DNA from: Ignisphaera sp.
GTDB taxonomy: Archaea > Thermoproteota > Thermoprotei_A > Sulfolobales > Ignisphaeraceae
Reading direction: 5' to 3'
NCBI GenBank assembly: GCA_038821645.1
Contig: JAWBDT010000003.1
Coordinates: 42,016-106,015 of the forward strand
Length of the DNA: 64,000 nt
The notes under the pieces are model-generated. The model saw only the letters and a list, made by a program, of their open reading frames with translations, was not told the DNA's origin and made no database searches. A program made the position numbers and the translations under genes. Positions 52,301 through 61,789 of this stretch are shown here, piece by piece. Each line of letters begins with the position of its first letter. Position 1 is the first letter of the stretch.

Positions 52301-53345
52301 CTCTAGCTCTTCCTGTAGCAGAGCTAATTGCAAGTATTCCACATTTCCTTCTTGTAGCTAGAATTTCGCGCTGAAGATCATTAAAAATATCTCTGATATG
52401 TTTCTCGCCTTCATAACACATACCTCTAGTTTTTTCATTTTCAGATGAGTCACACTTCATTACTCTCTGACGAAGAGCCATGAGTTTATACGCTTTCTCT
52501 ATATCCCTTTCACCAAATCCTATAAGCTTCAAAATCATGTCTATGGCTTTACTACCCTTCATTACAGCATCAACATCGTCTACAAAAACAAAATCTATCT
52601 TATATCCTTTGGAGAGAAATTCATTGAACACATCATTAAAGTTTCTCATGAGGTACTTAGACGTTGTGATAATTATATCAAAATAACCCTCACGTATAGC
52701 TTTTTCATATTCTTCTCTTTTCTTTGGTGAAAGCTTTGAATGCATAGCTATAATCTGAACTATTATACCTGCTCTTTCTGCAAACTCTCTTAACCTTTCT
52801 TCACACTGTTTCACAAGGATAGATGTTGGAACGATTATGTATGCCTTTTTACCTAATCTATAGGATAGATAGAGAGCTACTATCAATCCAAACGTTGTTT
52901 TACCTACACCTGTAGGAGCTATAAGTGCAAAACTCTGGTTTTGAGCAATTCTTACAGCCCAGCTTATCTGGAGATGCCAAGGAGAACTCTTCAAACATTT
53001 GACAAAAAATTCACTAAAGTCATGCACAAATTTTTGAACATCAACAACTTTTCTAATGCTACTTTCAGTGAATACTTCCTTAACATGTTTTGTTAGTTCA
53101 ATCATATTACTAACAGGTATTATCTCGTTAGTACCCATACATTTTGAGCAAGCATTCTTAAACAACAATCTACTATCTTCTATAGGACCACCACAATTGG
53201 GACATAAATGTAGATATATACCTCTAGGAAGCAAGAGCTTGTTAATGTGATTTTCATCTACTTTATGTAGAGAAACCTTAACACTTAATGCAGGTAATAC
53301 CATAGAAAATCCAGCTGAATCATATCCTCGAGAACCTATATTCAT
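49308..53345 (-). CDS. rgy: Reverse gyrase
   Basis: CPNC..C zinc finger, APTGVGKT, DDVD, QASGRTSR, VESPNKA, DPDAEGE, SAGRVQT, catalytic ITYHRTD. Confidence 0.95.
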   Translation of the reverse strand: MNIGSRGYDSAGFSMVLPALSVKVSLHKVDENHINKLLLPRGIYLHLCPNCGGPIEDSRLLFKNACSKCMGTNEIIPVSNMIELTKHVKEVFTESSIRKVVDVQKFVHDFSEFFVKCLKSSPWHLQISWAVRIAQNQSFALIAPTGVGKTTFGLIVALYLSYRLGKKAYIIVPTSILVKQCEERLREFAERAGIIVQIIAMHSKLSPKKREEYEKAIREGYFDIIITTSKYLMRNFNDVFNEFLSKGYKIDFVFVDDVDAVMKGSKAIDMILKLIGFGERDIEKAYKLMALRQRVMKCDSSENEKTRGMCYEGEKHIRDIFNDLQREILATRRKCGILAISSATGRARGKRIRLFRELLGFNIGSAVEVYRNVVDTYMLMPKEEEVADIVAKLINKLGDGCLIYVTIDRGLEYANKLCNELRDRGIDVEVLSSRRTDTLERFILGEIKALIGVATYYGLLVRGIDIPERIRYAIFIGVPRHKISITQIGFNPQNLLRLLTVLLDVIEDEKQKDKAIRLIAQLRRILRQMSAERIKIIVDKISSQEPIEEPIASIITEAHNFVTSLLSDKNIVEALKKYQKASIVEENNTLYILIPDAPTYIQASGRTSRLFVGGITTGLSIVLVDDIRLLNGLVDRVKYFIEDFSMSSLETVDIDNVIKRIDDDRELLKAIRSGKLDLREVPKELRVRTALFIVESPNKARTIASFFGRPTFREIDGLRIYETNVGDIHLLITSTGGHVFELVEEGIQEDSVYGIAIAKHKEKTLFLPKYDYIKRCLRCGTQFVKGETCPICGSDRVKSSRSVIEVLQKIAMEVDEIFIATDPDAEGEKIGYDIAISLAPFAKSIMRIEFHEVTRKAVMNAFRNPREVNLSLVEAQITRRIEDRLLGFALSEYVTNKLKTLDIGLREREGRLSAGRVQTPVLGRIIELYIKKLTTARKTKIIYLDGISIEVPQDLLEKALGEEIKRLSPSRVEVVFRPISVSIERLYPLPPFTTDEMIAEAYRVLKIDAVEAMRLAQDLFELGFITYHRTDSTRISSAGIGVAKEYISSIYGDKLSEVFEPRTWGSGGAHEGIRPTKPIDVDRLKELIAEGIIETPLRLTAKHFKLYDLIFRRFMASQMKPGIVEKTRYIATVYIDNNEVFSHTIELVTNVIDPGFLLMYMPIKVISVPNTTFSLKPLKIRTVVLSEYTMPTQGDIIRWMKEVGIGRPSTYAKIIDTIIKRGYTMSVKGGILIPDIEGIYVYLLLAGASFDDKDIDFEMFLNTIRSVYRRSENIVENVTKILNMVRNELRRMVSVKRTQELYTKIQAVESGKVNYIDVIQELFKEVCKHVISELYGEGVKVCQTM

Positions 53346-53471
53346 GTTTTCTCTCCTGGACTAGCTATTCACACTTACTATAAAAATTTTCATTACATAA
53401 AGTTCTAGTCTAGAGCTTAAAGTTAGGTGAATTAAGCTAGAAATGAAAGATGAAAAGATATGGGTAAAAAT

Positions 53472-54814
53472 TTACCTTCTCTTAATGAAATATCCAAGAA
53501 TTACTCCAATAACAACAACAACTATACCAATGCCTATTGTTGCTACCCAGTTCTGCTCTACCAAAGTGGTAGTAGTTGGGTATGTTGCTGTAGAAGTAAC
53601 AATATTTGTCTTAACAGACGTTTGTATTATAGTGGTTTCTTGAGTTACAGTAGTAAACATTGTTTTAGTAGTTTGTTGAGTTACAGTAGTAGTTGTTGGT
53701 TTGGTTATAGTTTCAGTTTTCATTATTGTTTCTGTAATCCTTATTTCAGATACTTTCGGTACACTTACTGTTGTTGTAATACTCTTCTCTATTGTTGTTG
53801 TAATCTTCTCAACTATTACAGTTGTTAGTGTTGTAGTAATTTGGTGTGTTACTTCAACGGTTACTATAGTAGGAGTCGGTGTAGGAGTTGTAGGTGGTAA
53901 TGCCACATTTAATTCATAGTAGTATTCATAGAATGTCCAGCAGAATTTAGCTGTAGCTTGCGTACTTGAGAAAAATTCGCCAAATAGATCTATCATCTGT
54001 ATTATATACTCCTTTAATGCATCTAAACTCCATTTATCTGGATGCATAGAATTTAGTAATCTTAAGGTTTCATCTATAAATATATTGATGTATAAGCCTA
54101 TCTTTGCTTTGGGATATTGTTCCTTTGCTAGAAATGTTATTTCGGTATGATCTGCTAATGACTGATCTGTATTTCTTCCATATACATCAAATTCTATGCA
54201 TCTTAATGTATCGTTGATCTAGACTGGAATAATATAGCTACCTACTAAAGTGCCCCTGGCGCATCAGCTTCCGGACTACAGTACATTTGTATACTGATCA
54301 ATATATCTCCTCGTGATGTTCCACCACTTCTCAAAGTCTTGGGTATCCATAGGTAGTAGTTTATAGCTATTGGTGTAAGTGTTTTTGTAAAGTCCACAGA
54401 TACATTAAATACTGCCTTGACAGTTGGTAATTCACTTAACTTTATAGGCAATTTGAAATATGGATGAGGATCTGGATTACTTCCCCAAATGTTTATCCCG
54501 TATCTAAAGCCTGGTCCAGCTATAAGTCTTACTCTTGTTGGATAAAGCTCGCTGAAATCACCTTCACCTGTAACACTTTCTTCAGTAACAGTAAGTGTTA
54601 TACTTCCAACAGCTGTATCTGGTATATTCCATAAATTCGCTACAACATCTACATAAGTTAACCTGATCGTAGCCCACTTATTGCCAGCACTTCCTACTGC
54701 CTGACCAGTAATCTTATTTGGATCTGGAAATATAGTTGCTATTTGTACTTGTTGTTGAGTGTATGAGTTGTATGAGTTGATGGATGCTGTAAGTAACAGC
54801 ATTATAGAGAGCAC
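53472..54814 (-). pseudogene. Disrupted GH12-fold cell-surface protein (signal peptide, GH12-like domain, Thr-rich stalk, C-terminal TM)
   Basis: ORFs 54245-54814 and 53472-54047 join via one frameshift in the G4 run (54253-54256) and an in-frame TAG (54219-54221): APG/TLVGSYIIPV*INDTLRCIEFDVY...ITFLAK...MHPDKW. Confidence 0.75.
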
Positions 54815-55010
54815 TAAAAACTGTTTTAGTTCTTTTATTTAGCGTTATGCAAATCAACAAGTTACACTCTGTCATACTGTCTATAAATAGAATTTAAAAA
54901 CTTAGCTTAAATCGTACTCGTAAGTTACCTCAGACATCAACAATAACGTAACAATTAGTAGTTAAAAAGCAGAGCTTAAGTTTTATATTGTATCACTCAA
55001 GTATTAATTC

Positions 55011-55970
55011 GTGGTGTTTAGTATGTGTATAGCTGTTGTCGGTAGTATACATGCTGATTTTTATATAAAGACCAAGAAATTTCCACAACCAGATGAAACG
55101 GTTATCGGTAACGATTTCGCAATACACCCAGGTGGTAAAGGTGCTAACCAAGCTGTAGGATGTGCTCGTCTAGGTATTGAGACATATATGATAGGAGCTG
55201 TAGGCAATGATTATATAGGTCGTCTGCTCATAGAAAATCTTGCAAAGAATGGTATAAAGGTAGATTACATCTTTACAGCAGAATGTAGTAGTGGAGTAGC
55301 ATTTATAATTCTTAACGAAGAAACTGGCGAAAATATGATAATAGTTTCATCTGGTGCTGATAACGCTCTTACACCAAATTATGTAGAGGATGTTCTTGAA
55401 AATCTAAAGAATAGAGCTAGAACTCTTTTAGTTCAACTTGAGATACCTATAGAGACAGTATATAAAGCAATTGAAATAGCTAAAGAGATGGGTATGACTA
55501 CAATACTGAATCCCGCACCAGCAAGATCTTTAGATAGGTATATCTACAGCTACATAGATGTGATTGTTCCAAATAGAGTTGAGCTTCAGCAACTTACAAA
55601 CATCAAGATAGCTACCATTGATGATGTTTTTAAGGCTAGCGAAGAACTACTAAACTATGGCTGTAACGCTGTAGTGACTACACTTGGATCTATGGGAGCA
55701 GCAGTAGTTACTCCATCAATAAGAGTTATTGTTCCAGCATTCAAGACCCAGATAGTAGATACAGTTGGAGCTGGCGATGCCTTTGTAGCAGGTCTTGCAG
55801 TATCGCTATATGAAAATAGAGATATAGTTGAAGCTGTCAAATATGCTAATGCAACAGCTGCTTTAAAGATTATGCGCATGGGTGCTCAAAGTATGCCAAC
55901 ACGCAGTGAAGTTGAAGAGTTTCTAAAGAAGTATTCACAAAACAGTAATGAAATATTAAAGATATATTGA
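55011..55970 (+). CDS. rbsK: Ribokinase
   Basis: GGKGANQAV, GENMI, QLEIP, NPAPA, DTVGAGDAF. Confidence 0.85.
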   Translation: MVFSMCIAVVGSIHADFYIKTKKFPQPDETVIGNDFAIHPGGKGANQAVGCARLGIETYMIGAVGNDYIGRLLIENLAKNGIKVDYIFTAECSSGVAFIILNEETGENMIIVSSGADNALTPNYVEDVLENLKNRARTLLVQLEIPIETVYKAIEIAKEMGMTTILNPAPARSLDRYIYSYIDVIVPNRVELQQLTNIKIATIDDVFKASEELLNYGCNAVVTTLGSMGAAVVTPSIRVIVPAFKTQIVDTVGAGDAFVAGLAVSLYENRDIVEAVKYANATAALKIMRMGAQSMPTRSEVEEFLKKYSQNSNEILKIY

Positions 55971-56312
55971 TACCCCATACATAGACATCACATATCTCGA
56001 TCAAAATGCCATGACCATATGCATGAATTTATCTCAACAAGATTCGCTAGCATGCTCTATACATAAATTTTCTAGTAGTTCTAGATGTCGTGAAGCTCTC
56101 CTATTTTAACATTCATTACATAATTCAAAACCTTACTTGGATAACGTTTCGATCGTAACTACATCAGATTCAACTCTAATTATACTCTTACTGAAACCTT
56201 GTGAATAGTTATCCTCTGGAAACATTTTAAGTTTCTACAAAGATTATGTTAAGTCAGGATATTCCTCATGATTTCATTTACTGCTGAATAAAAATGAATT
56301 ATTAGTATTCAG

Positions 56313-57821
56313 TTAAGCCTTACCGTAAAGTAGTTCAAGAAATCTTGTGTATGCTTCATCATGTTCTTTACTGTGATTAGGTTCATATACACTGATCTGA
56401 TATGAATTCTGAACATATTCTCTTAATTCTCTCAAAGACTTTATTATACCTAAGCCTGCTACTTGTAGAAGTACATTACCTATCGATGTAGCTTCTTCAG
56501 GACCTGCATACACTTTTTTGTTAGTGAAGTCAGCAGTAAGTTGGTTGAGTAGCCAGTTTCTAGAACCTCCTCCAAATATGTTTATATGTGTTAGTTTTCT
56601 ACCTATAAGATCTTCTGCTTGTTCAAAAACAAGTCTATATTTTAGAGCAAGACTTTCGAATACTATTCTGAAGAGTTCGCCAATATTTGATGGTTTTTCT
56701 TGTTTTGTTTCCTCGAGGTACTGCATTATAGCGTCAACCATGTTCAATGGTGCTACAAACCTATCATCATCAGGATCTATGAATGCCTTAAATGGTTTTG
56801 CTTCTAGAGCCATCTTGAGTATCTCTGGATAAGAGAGTTGCTGACCTTGCTCACTTAGTACTCTTCTAACTTCCTCAACTATCCACATACCTTGGATGTT
56901 TCTGAGAAATGTTATAGTATTGAACGCCCCTCCCTCATTAGTAAAGTTGTACTCCATAGCTTTCCTGTTTATTAGAGGTTCTGGAAGCTCTACACCTACT
57001 AGAGACCATGTACCAGAACTCACATAACCAGCACTCTCATTAACCATAGGTCCTGCTGCTATTGCTGAAGCAGTATCATGGGTTGCTGGCGCAATTATCT
57101 CTATATCTTTTGGTACATCAAGTTCCGAGACGAGTTTTGGAGATATTTTACCTAATTTTGTGGTTGGCTCGATAACTGGAGGAAATATATGTGTAGGTAT
57201 TCCCAACGCCTCAAGTATATCATATGCCCAGTTCTTTGCCTTGGGATCGAGAAACTGTGTTGTTGTTGCTTCAGTAAATTCTGCAAAGGCTTCACCGCTT
57301 AACCAGTAGTTGAATAGATCGGGTATCATTAGGAAGGTTTTGGCTATCTTCAGCTGTGGAGAACCTTTCTTAACCATTGAATATATTTGAAACAATGTAT
57401 TTATCCTTATGAACTGTATACCTGTTCTCTCATATATCTTCTCTTTTGGAACTATCTTCAGAACTTCTTCAAGTATACCCTCAGTTCTAGGATCTCTATA
57501 TGTGTGTGGATTACCGATGAGTTCACCTTTCTCGTCTAAAAGAGCATAATCTATTCCCCAAGTATCTACACCTATAGATAGAAGCCTATTACCATACCTT
57601 CTATAGGCAAGCTTTATCGCATACTTCATCTCGTGCCATATCCTGAGAACATCCCAATGAAGACTCTCGCCTACCCTAACCATATAGTTAGGCCAACGGT
57701 AAAGCTCTTCAACACGTACCTTCTTTTCCTTCTCATCAATAAATCCAACCATAGCTCTACAACTACTAGCACCTAAATCAAAGGCTAGTACAACAATTTC
57801 GCTCATGATACATACACCCAC
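56313..57821 (-). CDS. FGGY-family sugar kinase, rhamnulokinase/fuculokinase-like
   Basis: DLGASSCR, DTWGIDY, YRDPRT, THDTASA, SSGTWS, FTNEGG. Confidence 0.85.
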   Translation of the reverse strand: MGVCIMSEIVVLAFDLGASSCRAMVGFIDEKEKKVRVEELYRWPNYMVRVGESLHWDVLRIWHEMKYAIKLAYRRYGNRLLSIGVDTWGIDYALLDEKGELIGNPHTYRDPRTEGILEEVLKIVPKEKIYERTGIQFIRINTLFQIYSMVKKGSPQLKIAKTFLMIPDLFNYWLSGEAFAEFTEATTTQFLDPKAKNWAYDILEALGIPTHIFPPVIEPTTKLGKISPKLVSELDVPKDIEIIAPATHDTASAIAAGPMVNESAGYVSSGTWSLVGVELPEPLINRKAMEYNFTNEGGAFNTITFLRNIQGMWIVEEVRRVLSEQGQQLSYPEILKMALEAKPFKAFIDPDDDRFVAPLNMVDAIMQYLEETKQEKPSNIGELFRIVFESLALKYRLVFEQAEDLIGRKLTHINIFGGGSRNWLLNQLTADFTNKKVYAGPEEATSIGNVLLQVAGLGIIKSLRELREYVQNSYQISVYEPNHSKEHDEAYTRFLELLYGKA

Positions 57822-58028
57822 AATACTATCTTCTGCTGAGTAGATATAAACCTTCCTATCAGTTTAATACACCAAATGTATGCATCATGTACTGTATTTC
57901 CATACGCCTTATCAGAATCATGACGAGTAGTTAAATATTAGTAAATAATCTAGGCTAGCATATCGATATGACTAGACTTTAATAAAGATTTTAAACCGAG
58001 AACACAAGGCATAACAATAGGTGTAATT

Positions 58029-59051
58029 GTGACTAAATTAAATCCATTCATAGTTTTTGTGATAAAGAGAGTTAGCATGATGATTTTAACATTTTTTGTA
58101 GCAGCAACACTGATATTCCTATTGCCACGTCTTATCCCAGGAAACCCGCTAGCCATGTTAATATATTCTCTAGTTCAGACTGGTGCATCTGATCCAGAAA
58201 GACTTAAAGCAGTTGAGAGAATGCTTTTAGAGTACTTCCAGCTCGATAAACCTCTATACGAACAATACTTCAGATTTATTCAAGACCTCTTTAGAGGAGA
58301 TTTAGGGAGATCTATAATGTTCTTTCCAAATACTGTTAATGATATTATCGCCAGATACCTTCCATGGACTTTAGCTCTACTTATACCAGCAATAGTGGCT
58401 TCATGGAGTGTAGGAAACATCATAGGAGTTGTAGCAGCTATAAATAGAGGAAAAATTACCGATAAAGTTGTTCTACCACTACTTGCAGTTCTTCAAGGTA
58501 CACCTCCATACATATTCGCCATGTATCTGTTGCTAATCTTTGGCGTGTACCTTAAGATTCTACCTACTGGAGGTGGATGGTCTCCAACTTTAAGACCTAG
58601 CCTATCTGCAACATTTGTTCTAGACTACCTAAGACACTATATACTACCATTCACATCAATATTCCTAACATCTTTAGGTGGATGGGGACTAAGTATGAGG
58701 AATATCGCTTTACAAGAATTGACAACAGATTACATGGACTACGTCAGAGTTCTAGCACTTTCACAGAAAAAGACCATAAGATATCTCTTTAAGTGTTCAG
58801 CTTTACCACAAATAGTTGGTTTAGCGATAGTTTTAGGATGGAGTGTGGCTGGTTCAGTTATAACTGAAATAGTGTTCAATTACCCTGGTATAGGTACAGC
58901 TCTCTGGAGAGCACTACAGTCTACAGACTATATGTTGATACAGGGCTTCTTCGTAATACTGATAGGGACGATAATACTAGCCAACTTTATATCAGAGATC
59001 ATGTTTGCTGTTATCGATCCACGAGTTAGATATGCATATGTAGGTGCATAA
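58029..59051 (+). CDS. ABC transporter permease (DppB/OppB type)
   Basis: LPRLIPGNP, GDLGRS, TEIVFNYPGIG, IDPRVR. Confidence 0.9.
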   Translation: MTKLNPFIVFVIKRVSMMILTFFVAATLIFLLPRLIPGNPLAMLIYSLVQTGASDPERLKAVERMLLEYFQLDKPLYEQYFRFIQDLFRGDLGRSIMFFPNTVNDIIARYLPWTLALLIPAIVASWSVGNIIGVVAAINRGKITDKVVLPLLAVLQGTPPYIFAMYLLLIFGVYLKILPTGGGWSPTLRPSLSATFVLDYLRHYILPFTSIFLTSLGGWGLSMRNIALQELTTDYMDYVRVLALSQKKTIRYLFKCSALPQIVGLAIVLGWSVAGSVITEIVFNYPGIGTALWRALQSTDYMLIQGFFVILIGTIILANFISEIMFAVIDPRVRYAYVGA

Positions 59052-59053
59052 AG

Positions 59054-59887
59054 TTGAAGATACCCGGTATACTAAGGATAAAAAAGTTTGTCATAGGTAT
59101 CGCGATATTCGCTGCCATAGTTATTACAGGACTCATAGGTCCAATTTTCTATAAAGTTGATCCCGGCAGAATGGTTGATAGAAGATATCTACCACCATCA
59201 ACAAAATATCCATTGGGAACAGACGCTCTAGGAAGAGATGTTTTAGCACAATTCCTTCACGGTATAAGAGGATCTCTGTTGGTGGGTTCAGTAGCTTCCG
59301 GTATAGCTTTAGCATTAGCGATATTTCTTGGAACTATAGCAGCAGTATTCGGGGGATTAGTGGATAAAGTTATACTGACGGTTTCAGAAATCTTCATAAT
59401 AATACCAGCTATCCTACTAATGATGGTTTTAGCTGCATATCTACCAGAAAGAAATCTATGGCTTGTAGCATTTGTTATAGGTATAACATCATGGGGTGGA
59501 TGGGCAAGAGGATTCAGATCCAGATCTATGAGCATACTCTCGTCAGAGTACATAAATATGGCTATTCTCTCTGGAGCTTCTAGGCTTAGTATAATTGTTA
59601 AAGATATCCTACCGGTCATCTCCCCATACATATTAGCGGCTTTCGCAATGATATTTTCTTACGCAGTCATGTCTGAAGTTGGTTTAACAGTAATAGGCAT
59701 AGGTATGACTAAAGACATCACCCTAGGACTTGTACTATATATAGCTCAGCTATATGCAAACATTACACAAGGCATATGGTGGACATTCGTACCACCAACA
59801 ATAGCAATAATAGCTATATATCTCTCCCTCTACATGATAGCTATATCGTTGGATGAATACTTCTCACCAAAAGTAGGCTCTATGTAA
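59054..59887 (+). CDS. ABC transporter permease (DppC/OppC type)
   Basis: PPSTKYPLGTDALGRD; EAA-like loop. Confidence 0.9.
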   Translation: MKIPGILRIKKFVIGIAIFAAIVITGLIGPIFYKVDPGRMVDRRYLPPSTKYPLGTDALGRDVLAQFLHGIRGSLLVGSVASGIALALAIFLGTIAAVFGGLVDKVILTVSEIFIIIPAILLMMVLAAYLPERNLWLVAFVIGITSWGGWARGFRSRSMSILSSEYINMAILSGASRLSIIVKDILPVISPYILAAFAMIFSYAVMSEVGLTVIGIGMTKDITLGLVLYIAQLYANITQGIWWTFVPPTIAIIAIYLSLYMIAISLDEYFSPKVGSM

Positions 59888-59901
59888 ATTGAGGTGAAGA
59901 T

Positions 59902-60888
59902 GTGATGGTGGTTTTAGAGACTAGAGGATTAAAAGCTTACTACATCCTACGCAAGGGTACAGTAAAAGCTGTTGATAATGTAGATCTTATAGTAAATGAG
60001 AAAAGTATTGTAGGTATTGTTGGTGAATCTGGATGTGGTAAATCAACATTAGCAAAAACTTTAGCACTCGATATAGTTCCACCACTTAAACTTATTGACG
60101 GTAGGATAGTTATAGACGGTATTGATGTTACAGAAATGCCTCTTAATCAAGCTAGAAAAAAGATAGCTGGAGTTAAAGTTTCTATAATACCGCAATCAGC
60201 TATGAATGCTCTAGTGCCTACAGTCAAGATAAAGAACTTTATAGTTGATGTATTGTCGGAGAAAATCAGTATTGATTCAGAGAAGATAATAGAACTAGCA
60301 GAAAAAAGACTAAAGGAGCTAAACTTACCAGTAGAAAGTTTGAATATGTATCCCTTCGAACTTTCGGGTGGTATGAGACAAAGAATACTAATAGCATTAG
60401 CAACACTACTTAATCCATCGCTACTGATAGCTGATGAACCAACATCAGCATTGGACGTATCAACACAAAAAATAGTGCTCTCCACAATGCACAGCATTTT
60501 CATAAAAGGATTGGTGAAGAGTATTCTATTCATATCACATGACATAGCTACTGTAAGGCAGATTGCTGATAGGATCGTAGTTATGTATGCAGGTAAAATA
60601 GTTGAAGATGGTCCAACAGAAGAAATCATACATAACCCATTACATCCATACTCTAAAGCACTTATGTTCTCGATACTCACACCAGAAATACAGATAGTAG
60701 AAAGAGTAAAAAAAGCACTCACACTAGCATTAGCTGGTGAACCTCCGAGCCTAATAAATCCTCCACCTGGTTGTAGATTTCATCCAAGATGTCCCTTCGC
60801 TATGGATATATGTAGAAGAGAAGAACCAAAACTTGAAAAACTAGAACAGAATAGATATGCTGCATGTTGGTTATATCTAAAGAGATGA
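59902..60888 (+). CDS. ABC transporter ATPase (DppD type)
   Basis: GESGCGKS, LSGGMRQR, DEPT, C-terminal GCRFHPRCP. Confidence 0.92.
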   Translation: MMVVLETRGLKAYYILRKGTVKAVDNVDLIVNEKSIVGIVGESGCGKSTLAKTLALDIVPPLKLIDGRIVIDGIDVTEMPLNQARKKIAGVKVSIIPQSAMNALVPTVKIKNFIVDVLSEKISIDSEKIIELAEKRLKELNLPVESLNMYPFELSGGMRQRILIALATLLNPSLLIADEPTSALDVSTQKIVLSTMHSIFIKGLVKSILFISHDIATVRQIADRIVVMYAGKIVEDGPTEEIIHNPLHPYSKALMFSILTPEIQIVERVKKALTLALAGEPPSLINPPPGCRFHPRCPFAMDICRREEPKLEKLEQNRYAACWLYLKR

Positions 60889-60898
60889 GGTAATACAT

Positions 60899-61705
60899 AT
60901 GGCTCTACTTAACATTAAAAACCTAACGAAAATCTATAGATCTGGCTTAATTACACACAAATTAATCCTAGCTGTAGACAATGTGAATTTTGATATAAAG
61001 GAGGGCGAAATAGTATCTCTCGTAGGTGAAAGCGGGTCAGGTAAAACAACAACAGCAAGAATTATTCTAAGGTTATTAAAACCTACATCAGGTTCCATAG
61101 TCTTTATGGGTAAAGATATATGGCGTGATCTTAAATCAAAAAATGATCTTAAGTGGTATTGGAGAAATGTTAATGGAGTTTTTCAGGATCCTTTCTCCTC
61201 ATTTAATCCAACACATAGAATCAGAGACGATCTATTAAGAGTTTTCAACCTATTTGAGCATAACTATGATAATGAAACAAAAATGAACTTAGTTAGAGAA
61301 GCTCTACAATCAGTTGGACTTATACCAGAAGAAGTTCTCGAACGAAGACCTTTCGAGCTCTCTGGAGGTATGAGGCAAAGGATACTGATAGCCAGAATAT
61401 TTCTAATAAAGCCAAAGCTGGTAATAGCTGATGAACCTACAAGTATGATAGATGCTACACTAAGACTCAATATACTAAATCTATTCACGAGACTTAGAGA
61501 AGAATTGAAAACATCGATAATGTTTATAACACACGATCTAGGACTAGCCACATATGTAAGTGATAGAATATTGGTTATGTATAAAGGTAGAATAGTTGAA
61601 GAAGGAACTCCAGAGGAAATCCTTAACAATCCAAAACATGAGTATACACAAAACCTACTAAACTCAGTACCAAAACTCTATACCTCATGGTTCAAACAGT
61701 TATGA
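60899..61705 (+). CDS. ABC transporter ATPase (DppF type)
   Basis: GESGSGKT, FQDP, LSGGMRQR, DEPTSMID. Confidence 0.92.
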   Translation: MALLNIKNLTKIYRSGLITHKLILAVDNVNFDIKEGEIVSLVGESGSGKTTTARIILRLLKPTSGSIVFMGKDIWRDLKSKNDLKWYWRNVNGVFQDPFSSFNPTHRIRDDLLRVFNLFEHNYDNETKMNLVREALQSVGLIPEEVLERRPFELSGGMRQRILIARIFLIKPKLVIADEPTSMIDATLRLNILNLFTRLREELKTSIMFITHDLGLATYVSDRILVMYKGRIVEEGTPEEILNNPKHEYTQNLLNSVPKLYTSWFKQL

Positions 61706-61789
61706 ACCACTTCTACACCCTACATACTTTCATCAATATTTTTAAAGAAAACTCATAATAATATAGTTACTCTGGGGTGAAGTGTAAAT

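Noticed and set aside
49308-53345. Possible intein in the long reverse gyrase
   Set aside because: No LAGLIDADG or terminal HN-(C/S/T) motifs; the extra length comes from short insertions and terminal extensions.
53560-53900. Repetitive GTT/GTA-rich tract, a possible repeat array
   Set aside because: It is the coding sequence of the Thr-rich stalk; there is no constant repeat-spacer periodicity, so it is not CRISPR.
54219-54221. In-frame TAG as pyrrolysine or programmed readthrough
   Set aside because: No pyl genes are seen and a frameshift lies about 35 bp away; gene decay is the simpler explanation.
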